This document shows positions 35,987-42,612 of a stretch of DNA of 53,855 nt, piece after piece. Location of the stretch: contig JAEYUN010000011.1 of NCBI GenBank assembly GCA_023432475.1, positions 1-53,855 of the forward strand, given 5' to 3'. A model generated the notes under the pieces. That model did no database searches, was not told the origin of the DNA, and saw only the letters and a list, made by a program, of their open reading frames with translations. How positions within the stretch are numbered: the first letter of the stretch is position 1; each line of letters starts with the position of its first letter. The translations under genes were made by a program, and so were the position numbers. Origin of the DNA: Candidatus Parcubacteria bacterium. Its GTDB lineage: Bacteria > Patescibacteriota > Saccharimonadia > Saccharimonadales > Saccharimonadaceae.

Positions 35987-36015
35987 ATTATAGCACGGTT
36001 GGCGTTATTTGTCAA
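35987..36015 (-). promoter_or_regulatory. consensus promoter TTGACA-17-TATAAT
   Basis: Minus strand: TTGACA (36015-36010) aataacgccaaccgtgc TATAAT (35992-35987) aaaaaa GTACAC. Confidence 0.75.
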
Positions 36016-36095
36016 TCTATTAACCAGATTTTAGAAGGGTTGCGCCCGCCAGTCCGAAGACTGGCGGGTAGCGTTACCGAGGCGGTTTAACTTGA

Positions 36096-36341
36096 CTAGG
36101 TAATAGTTTCGAGCTTCTTGAGTGTTCGCCAGAAGGCGAAGATGAAGATGACGAGAACAATCATCACACCTATCACCCACTGGGCCCCCGCCCAAGCTAT
36201 TACCGCAACCACTCCCACTGGGAATGATGAAAGCCCGAGGACAAAACGAGCCCTCCCGTCAGCCGTCAAGTATGTCAGAAGCAGTAGTATGAATGCTACT
36301 GCACTTGTCAGGACGGCTAATACCAACCAAGCAGCGACCAT
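36096..36341 (-). CDS. small membrane protein, 81 aa, 2-3 hydrophobic helices
   Basis: MVAAWLVLAVLTSAVAFILLLLTYLTADGRARFVLGLSSFPVGVVAVIAWAGAQWVIGVMIVLVIFIFAFWRTLKKLETIT. A GAGAGGA SD lies 8 nt upstream. Confidence 0.6.
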   Translation of the reverse strand: MVAAWLVLAVLTSAVAFILLLLTYLTADGRARFVLGLSSFPVGVVAVIAWAGAQWVIGVMIVLVIFIFAFWRTLKKLETIT

Positions 36342-36399
36342 GTCAAAATTCCTCTCGGCGACGTCGATGTCGCATAGAACTACGGTAAACGCACTTTTT

Positions 36400-36428
36400 A
36401 CTATAGTCGTTTAGGATAACCGCTGCAA
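36400..36428 (-). promoter_or_regulatory. promoter TTGCAG-17-TATAGT, 3 nt downstream of the tig stop
   Basis: Minus strand: TTGCAG (36428-36423) cggttatcctaaacgac TATAGT (36405-36400). Confidence 0.55.
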
Positions 36429-36431
36429 ACC

Positions 36432-37706
36432 TTAACTGTTTAGTTCAACCAGTCTAGCCAGAGTTTTTTCAGTAATAACGCGGTTAGCCAGGTCGCGGCG
36501 GGCATCTGGCGCATCGAGTTGTTCTTTCATATTAGGATACTGGGCTAGCATTTCAGCGTGACGAGCATCGAGTTCGTCGCGGCTAACATCTATATTTTCA
36601 ACTTTAGATAGTTCAGCTAAGACCAAGCCTGACTGTACCCGGCGAACTGCTGCCGGTTTGAATTCTTTTTCGCTCAGCTCGTCTTCGTCCTTATAGCCCA
36701 TTTGTTCGATGTATTGTTCGGCGCTCATGCCACGGTACATCAAGTTTTGACGGAAATCTTGTTCAACACTTCTTATTTGGTCATCAACTAGTATGTCGGG
36801 TACTGGCACATGTGAAGCTTTGACGAGCGCACCTAGCAGATCATCTTTAAACTTTTCGTCGGCTTGACGCTCATTTTGGGCAGTTAGTTCCCGCTCGATA
36901 TCCTCGGTCAATGCTTTTAGACTCTCGAATGGTCCAACTTTGGCTGCCATAGCGTCGTTCACTTCAGGTACGGTAACCTGCTGGACTTTTTTAATAGTCA
37001 CCTCGAAAACGACTGCTTGACCTTTGAGGTGTTCAGCGTGGTAATCTTTCGGAAATTTCAACGGTACTTCAAATTTATCACCTGGTTTATGACCCACAAT
37101 AGCTTCTTCAAAACCCGGTATGAACGTGTTCGAGCCAAGGGTCAGGTCATAGTCGCTTGCCGTGCCACCCTCAAAAACCTCATCGTTTTTCTTGCCGATA
37201 AAGTCAATTGTTACTTCGTCACCATTCTCGGCCGCTCTTTTAACTTCTTTTTTCTCAGCTAGGTTTTTCTGCAGACGCTCAATAACTTCGTCAATGTCGG
37301 CTTTTTCAACTTTTTTTAGCTCGCGCTTGACCTTAAGATGTTTATAATCACCCAGTCTAATGTCAGGTATGATGTCAATAACAGCTTCGAATTCCAGTTC
37401 GGTATAGGGTACAAATTTCTTAACGTCGATCTTAGGCTGGTCAAGGACGCGCAGGGATTCGATGGCAATAATTTCGTTTAATGCTGCGTTGATGGCATGC
37501 TCAGCAACTTCGTTGGCGAGCAAGTTAGGGTCGAGGTTTTTTTCAGCGACATTGGCCGGTACTTTACCTTTACGAAAACCGGACACTTTAATGTCGCGCG
37601 CCAAATGCTTGAGGCCAGTAACTTTAGCTTCTTGTAAGTCTTCAGGACTTGTCGCAACCGTGACACTCACGGACGAGTCGGATAATTTTTTGAGGGTATG
37701 TTTCAT
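36432..37706 (-). CDS. tig: trigger factor
   Basis: 424 aa. ...VSGFRKGKVPANVAEK... at the N-terminus, an FKBP-type middle region (...FIPGFEEAIVGHKPGDKFEV...), and a helical C-terminal domain. Confidence 0.93.
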   Translation of the reverse strand: MKHTLKKLSDSSVSVTVATSPEDLQEAKVTGLKHLARDIKVSGFRKGKVPANVAEKNLDPNLLANEVAEHAINAALNEIIAIESLRVLDQPKIDVKKFVPYTELEFEAVIDIIPDIRLGDYKHLKVKRELKKVEKADIDEVIERLQKNLAEKKEVKRAAENGDEVTIDFIGKKNDEVFEGGTASDYDLTLGSNTFIPGFEEAIVGHKPGDKFEVPLKFPKDYHAEHLKGQAVVFEVTIKKVQQVTVPEVNDAMAAKVGPFESLKALTEDIERELTAQNERQADEKFKDDLLGALVKASHVPVPDILVDDQIRSVEQDFRQNLMYRGMSAEQYIEQMGYKDEDELSEKEFKPAAVRRVQSGLVLAELSKVENIDVSRDELDARHAEMLAQYPNMKEQLDAPDARRDLANRVITEKTLARLVELNS

Positions 37707-37750
37707 AGCTGACCTATTGTAACAGATGAAGCTGGTTGTTGGTAGAAAGC

Positions 37751-39070
37751 CTAGAAGTCGTCTGGAGATTTACGCCGATAATCTTGGATAGTGGTGATAA
37801 TTCTCTCTAAACCAGCTTCAGTCTCCGCCTCGGTCTGGATGTCTTTGAGGCGATAAACTTCTTCAGCAGCTTCTTTTTCGCCAATAAAGAGCAGGTAAGG
37901 TATTTTCATTTTTACAGCAGCTTTGATCTGTTTATCGACTTTGCGACCTGTTATATCGACAGCCACCTTGACGCCTTCGGCACGTAGGTCATATGCGACT
38001 TTTTCAGCATGTTTCATGACATCACCGAGCACCACCACATAAACGTCAGTGGTCGAACCGAGTTCCGGTACTAAATCGTGAGCTCGAAGAAACTCCTCAG
38101 TCGTAGTCGCTCCCGGAGCCACCCCCACTACCGGCATAGACTCGCCACCGAACAGAGTAACCAAACCATCATAACGACCTCCGCCGAACATTGCCCGGTT
38201 ATTGTCAGGATGGTTATCAAATACCTCAAATACCATTCCGGTGTAATAGTCCAGGCCGCGCATGAGCGTAATGTCAAAGCGGGCGTTAGTAATGCCCGAT
38301 TCACCCAAAAGGGTAAATAACCTTTGAATTTCGCGGACAGCTTCGCTGTCGAGAATCTCCTGGGGGAGTTCGGCCATAGTAGTAGCGCTGACCAGTTTGG
38401 CTATCTTGCGTAATCCCTCCTGAACGTATTCAGGTTCAAATATCTCACTAGCCTGGTCGCGAAATTGCTCGTTGCTTATCTTGCCGCGTTTATCGAACAG
38501 TTTAATCATTAGCTGAGACTGAACAGCGTCAAGGCGTAAATACTGCGCCATCATAAAGTTGATTAGGTTACGGTTGTTGATACGTATGGTGTACATGTCA
38601 CGTTTAGCGCCAAAAGCCTGCATAACAGCGTCGCTAACACGGATAACTTCGGCATCAGCCACTGGACCCTCGACGCCAAACATATCGACGTTCAGCTGCC
38701 AAAACTCACGTTCGCGACCTTTTTGCGGTCTCTCATAGCGCATAAAATTGGCAATCGAATAAAGTCGTGCTGGCATGCCGAGTTCTTGCTGGCGAGCCGC
38801 CACCATACGAGCTATGCTAGGAGTCATTTCTGGTCGGATCGCGACATTACGCCCACCGCGATCGGTAAACTGATAAGTCTGTTCGTTGACTATTTCCTGC
38901 CCTGATTTGGCGGCATATATTTCCAACGGCTCTAAAAGCGGAGCGCCGTATTCTTCGTAGCCAAACCTCTCAACCACCAAACGCCAGGTCTCAAAGATGT
39001 AGTTTTGCAACCGCTTGTCGGCCGGATAATAGTCGCGTGCACCTTTGTAGCTTTGGGTGGAAAGATTCAT
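37751..39070 (-). CDS. hisS: histidyl-tRNA synthetase
   Basis: ...YKGARDYYPADKRLQNYIFETWRLVVERFGYEEYGAPLLE...RYERPQKGREREFWQLNVD...GGGRYDGL...; class-II motifs. Confidence 0.95.
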   Translation of the reverse strand: MNLSTQSYKGARDYYPADKRLQNYIFETWRLVVERFGYEEYGAPLLEPLEIYAAKSGQEIVNEQTYQFTDRGGRNVAIRPEMTPSIARMVAARQQELGMPARLYSIANFMRYERPQKGREREFWQLNVDMFGVEGPVADAEVIRVSDAVMQAFGAKRDMYTIRINNRNLINFMMAQYLRLDAVQSQLMIKLFDKRGKISNEQFRDQASEIFEPEYVQEGLRKIAKLVSATTMAELPQEILDSEAVREIQRLFTLLGESGITNARFDITLMRGLDYYTGMVFEVFDNHPDNNRAMFGGGRYDGLVTLFGGESMPVVGVAPGATTTEEFLRAHDLVPELGSTTDVYVVVLGDVMKHAEKVAYDLRAEGVKVAVDITGRKVDKQIKAAVKMKIPYLLFIGEKEAAEEVYRLKDIQTEAETEAGLERIITTIQDYRRKSPDDF

Positions 39071-39078
39071 CAGATGTT

Positions 39079-39107
39079 ATTGTTGCATCTTTACCTCGAG
39101 ATTGCAA
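39079..39107 (-). promoter_or_regulatory. promoter TTGCAA-17-AACAAT, 8 nt from the hisS ATG (leaderless geometry)
   Basis: Minus strand: TTGCAA tctcgaggtaaagatgc AACAAT aacatctg ATG(39070). Confidence 0.4.
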
Positions 39108-39117
39108 GGAAAAGCAG

Positions 39118-39657
39118 TTATGTTTTAGGACGGATTTTTAACCACTGATACATGGCGATTCCGGCAGCTACACCAACGTTCAAGCTGCGGGTACTACCAA
39201 GCTGTTCTATATATCTAATCTCGTCGCTCAGCCTTAATAGTTCTTGAGATATACCATTAGCCTCTGAACCAAATACAAGCACGCAGTTAAGTGGGAAGTC
39301 AGATTGCGAGAGCGGTTTTGAGTCGACGTTGTTTTCAATTGCCACAATAAGCCGACCTGTCTTCTTCATCTCGTCGACAAACTCTTGAACGCTTGGGTAA
39401 TAGTGAACATGCAAGTATTTGTCGGTCATCATGGCGCCACGCTTATTCCACTGACGGCGGCCGATAATATGAACATGACGTACGCCAAAAGCATTGGCCG
39501 ACCGGACAATTGTACCCATGTTATAGTCGCGTTCAATATTTTCTACGGCAATATGTAGCCCAACGCCACACCTGTCTAGCTCCTCGACGATCTTTTGGTG
39601 CGGCCAACCTTTGAATTTGTCCACCACATTGCGGCTGTCTTCCATGCTGTATATCAT
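39118..39657 (-). CDS. SpoU/TrmH-family RNA 2'-O-methyltransferase
   Basis: ...NMGTIVRSANAFGV...VFGSEANGISQELL...IEQLGSTRSLNVGVAAGIAMYQW...; SPOUT knot motifs. The start is uncertain: ATG at 39657 is preferred, because the ORF-track start at 39729 would leave only 16 nt before the divergent tRNA. Confidence 0.8.
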   Translation of the reverse strand: MIYSMEDSRNVVDKFKGWPHQKIVEELDRCGVGLHIAVENIERDYNMGTIVRSANAFGVRHVHIIGRRQWNKRGAMMTDKYLHVHYYPSVQEFVDEMKKTGRLIVAIENNVDSKPLSQSDFPLNCVLVFGSEANGISQELLRLSDEIRYIEQLGSTRSLNVGVAAGIAMYQWLKIRPKT

Positions 39658-39745
39658 AAACCACCAAAGATAATAACTATAGTCAGCCTTCTCTTGGCGA
39701 CAAGAGTTTGTTACAATGTACGTGCTCAATCCCTAATAATCACGT

Positions 39746-39830
39746 GCGGCGGTGGCGGAATTGGTAGACGCGCTAGCCTTAGGAGCTAGTACCGCAAGGT
39801 GTGGAGGTTCAAGTCCTCTCCGCCGCACCA
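39746..39830 (+). tRNA. tRNA-Leu (anticodon UAG), long variable arm, CCA encoded
   Basis: GCGGCGG acceptor paired with CCGCCGC+ACCA. Anticodon stem CTAGC/GCTAG with loop CTTAGGA. Variable arm TACCGCAAGGTGT. T-arm GGAGG TTCAAGT CCTCT. Confidence 0.9.
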
Positions 39831-39871
39831 CAAAGAGAAAACCGGACATACTGTGTCCGATTTTCTCTTTG
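39831..39871. terminator. long bidirectional hairpin between tRNA-Leu and the convergent 389-aa gene
   Basis: CAAAGAGAAAAcCGGACA tactg TGTCCGaTTTTCTCTTTG: 17 bp with one mismatch. Confidence 0.8.
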
Positions 39872-39879
39872 TGTAAACT

Positions 39880-41049
39880 TTACTCACCCGTGATAGGCGT
39901 CCCTGTTTCGTGCCAAACATTACCTGAGCGTGTACTTCCGGGGCTAGCGCCATAGAAAATCAGCGCTTGTAGACTTCCACACTGCGGTGCATAAACTGTA
40001 GAGAAACGATTATTAAGGATTTTGATGTTGTTTATGAGGTGGCCAAAAGCGGCTAGGTTTGGGTCACTTATATCCGCTCGAACACAGATCGATCCACCCG
40101 CCACGACGTTATTTTGGAAAGTATAGTTCGATACCGCCCAATAGTCATGGTAAAGGTTAGCCGACGACGAACACTGCGACCCCGCACATATAAATGTATT
40201 CCCACTGACGGTGTAGTTATTGCCGCCATGTGTACTGATAGCTGAACGATGTGAAGACGCAGTCGTGTACTGAGCATAAATATAGCTATTCGTAACTTCC
40301 ATGTTACCACCGACATAATCAAGATTAAGCTCGCCACTGCATACGCCGTCGGTTGTCGTGGTCGAACAGGGGTCACTACCCATCAGCATACCGCGCCCGA
40401 CGTTTTCAATTTTGACGTGATCAAAACGATGTACCCCAGTTTTCGGATGACAACGTTGATAGACGCCCCAATCCGTCTCGCCAACCGCGCTGTAATCGAT
40501 AGTGGTATATTCAACATTCAAACCGACCGGGCAAGCCGGCGAGGTATGCAGATTTTGGAAGTTGCGTCCGATATCAACTATGTACGTCACGGGTGACGTC
40601 GGCGCAATCTTGACGTCACGCACTGTCACATTATCATGATTAATCCGTAGCGTACCTTGAATACATAGATTCTCAATCACCTGACCATTGCTAGAGGTTG
40701 AAAATGTCCCGACATGAGTCGACGTACAAGCCTGACGAGCACCGGTATTACACGAGTTAGCGTAACCGACTAAGTTAGGTAATTGATAGCCGCCTGGCCC
40801 GACAGTTTCACAAGTATCGTTATTGGTAAATTTAATAGCTTGACCGCCCGAAGCAGAAGCGTCATTGACCAAGTTGGCATTCGTTGTCCGACTACCTGAC
40901 TCTGCTTGCAAACTAGAGGGTGAGGCTGCGTTGATATTGAGCGCAACGAAGAACCAAACACTAATCCCTAGTAAAATAGCTACTCCCCCGACATATACCC
41001 AAGGATTTTTGATATTAAGACGTTTTAAGAAGTTCCGTTTATGGGTCAT
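39880..41049 (-). CDS. exported/anchored protein, 389 aa, probable right-handed parallel beta-helix fold
   Basis: N-terminal signal/anchor ...NPWVYVGGVAILLGISVWFFVALNINAAS..., then repeated short beta-strand units rich in N/G/T/V (..NHDNVTVRDVKIA.., ..GNTFICAGSQC.., ..FQNNVVAGGSICV.., ..IKILNNRFS..). The fold call is inference. Confidence 0.7.
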   Translation of the reverse strand: MTHKRNFLKRLNIKNPWVYVGGVAILLGISVWFFVALNINAASPSSLQAESGSRTTNANLVNDASASGGQAIKFTNNDTCETVGPGGYQLPNLVGYANSCNTGARQACTSTHVGTFSTSSNGQVIENLCIQGTLRINHDNVTVRDVKIAPTSPVTYIVDIGRNFQNLHTSPACPVGLNVEYTTIDYSAVGETDWGVYQRCHPKTGVHRFDHVKIENVGRGMLMGSDPCSTTTTDGVCSGELNLDYVGGNMEVTNSYIYAQYTTASSHRSAISTHGGNNYTVSGNTFICAGSQCSSSANLYHDYWAVSNYTFQNNVVAGGSICVRADISDPNLAAFGHLINNIKILNNRFSTVYAPQCGSLQALIFYGASPGSTRSGNVWHETGTPITGE

Positions 41050-41095
41050 ACTCTGCTTTCCCTTAACCTGTAAACGTATACCATGATAATACTTA

Positions 41096-41123
41096 ATACT
41101 AACACAAGGCCTATTGTGGTCAA
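41096..41123 (-). promoter_or_regulatory. promoter TTGACC-16-TAGTAT for the 389-aa gene
   Basis: Minus strand: TTGACC (41123-41118) acaataggccttgtgt TAGTAT (41101-41096). An AAGGGAAAG SD follows. Confidence 0.55.
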
Positions 41124-41144
41124 GCTAAAAGAAAAACGCCAAAA

Positions 41145-41684
41145 TTAGGCGCTAAGACGGTAGAAGGCCAGCGCCGCGTCTCCGTAACTACGATTGTCCA
41201 CCACAACAACTCCATTAACGGTCGGCGCTGACTCCCTACCTGGATATGATAGTACCATAAGCCCGTTCGGTTTTAAATACTTCGCTAGACGTGAAACTGT
41301 GGATAACTGCATATCATGATACGGCGGGTCAGCCAGGATAAAATCAAACTGTTTGTCGTCGGACGTTTCATCCCAAGCTGTCACAGTTGAACGTACTAGT
41401 TTAGCCGTCTCGCCAACCCTTAAGTTGGCGATATTTTGAGTAATAATATTCTGAGCCAGTTTGTCTTTTTCTATAAATAGTACGCTCTTAGCCCCGCGAC
41501 TAAGTGCCTCAAAGCCGAGCGCGCCGCTACCAGCAAAAGCATCGAGTACGACGGCATCAGTTAAATCACCTACGATATTAAACAGCGAGCCCCTCACCCG
41601 TTCTCCCATAGGATGAGTTCGCCGGCCACTGGGCGCAGCAATGGTTCGCCCACCAAGTTTTCCGGCAATTATCCGTAGGTTCAC
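41145..41684 (-). CDS. rsmD: 16S rRNA (guanine966-N2)-methyltransferase RsmD family
   Basis: GTG at 41684 overlaps the upstream stop (GTGA), with GAAAGG 6 nt upstream. Sequence (V)NLRIIAGKLGGRTIAAPSGRRTHPMGERVRGSLFNIVG...VLDAFAGSGALGFEALSRGA...ILADPPY. Confidence 0.88.
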   Translation of the reverse strand: MNLRIIAGKLGGRTIAAPSGRRTHPMGERVRGSLFNIVGDLTDAVVLDAFAGSGALGFEALSRGAKSVLFIEKDKLAQNIITQNIANLRVGETAKLVRSTVTAWDETSDDKQFDFILADPPYHDMQLSTVSRLAKYLKPNGLMVLSYPGRESAPTVNGVVVVDNRSYGDAALAFYRLSA

Positions 41685-42505
41685 GACAGACCTTTCTTCT
41701 GGAGCGCCCGCCAATAACATTCGTACCATGCGAGAATAACCATCCGAATAATGATCGGTGCCAGGGTCGTCCGAGTCATAGCCGCCATACGACTGGTCCA
41801 GCCTTTTTTTAAGAATTGATCATACATTTTAAGACTGGCTATTTCGTGCAGAGCTTCCAAAAACAGGGGCTCAAAACCATGATTCTTTAGTCTTATGATG
41901 TCATTGCCAGATGGACCAGCCCCTTCGAAACCAAGCGGTGTGATAGTCGAAGCTACACCAATCTCAAAATGAAAATGTGTTGACATAACCCCCTTAGCAC
42001 CCCAATATTCCCAGTTATTCCTGATAAACTGCTTGGTCGAACCGCCTCCTGGCATGACAATCTTACTTTTCACGCTGGTTCTAGTCGTAATATCCTCACC
42101 ACGCAACCTTTCCAGTTCTTCCTCAAACGGCTCGTGGTGAGCAGGAGTTAAACCATCAACCACTGCATGAGCCAACCAAGCAGCCTCAAAAGCCGCTCGA
42201 ACTTGGTCATTTTCAATAAGTGCTTTCGTTAGATTTTCCCGGTGATTCGATATATCGTCCAACAACGCCCGGTCTTCTGGATCTCGGGGGTCGATAAAAT
42301 GCCACGGCTCATCGCGGCCGGGACTTTTACGCTTGACGCCGTCAGGACCGTTGAGACCCTCAAAGTGCAGAATATCTTTAGTATTCGGGAATTTTAATGA
42401 CCGTTTGAGTAAAGGTTTAAGCAGTCGATGCGCCACCCGGTCGATTTTTTGGTGTGCACCCATAACCAACCCGGACTTAGTCCTAATAGTTGTACCCGAA
42501 TACAT
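41681..42505 (-). CDS. zinc-dependent phospholipase C-like family protein (tentative)
   Basis: ...EPWHFIDPRDPED... and ...AAWLAHAVVDGLTPAHH... resemble the HF(Y)DP and HY(L)xDxxxPxH zinc-ligand motifs of Zn-dependent PLC-type enzymes. Family membership is inferred from these motifs only. Confidence 0.6.
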   Translation of the reverse strand: MYSGTTIRTKSGLVMGAHQKIDRVAHRLLKPLLKRSLKFPNTKDILHFEGLNGPDGVKRKSPGRDEPWHFIDPRDPEDRALLDDISNHRENLTKALIENDQVRAAFEAAWLAHAVVDGLTPAHHEPFEEELERLRGEDITTRTSVKSKIVMPGGGSTKQFIRNNWEYWGAKGVMSTHFHFEIGVASTITPLGFEGAGPSGNDIIRLKNHGFEPLFLEALHEIASLKMYDQFLKKGWTSRMAAMTRTTLAPIIIRMVILAWYECYWRALQKKGLS

Positions 42506-42612
42506 AAATTTAGCTTCGCTTAATAGGACAAACCTAAGGTTTTTCCTACCTTAGCGGTGTCGCGGAATAAATCCGTCGACTCCGGCTTGGCTTTTCCTTT
42601 CTGGTATTAACA

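Noticed and set aside
39752-39955. ORF 39752..39955 + (67 aa).
   Set aside because: It is the translation of tRNA-Leu plus its terminator, so it is not a protein gene.
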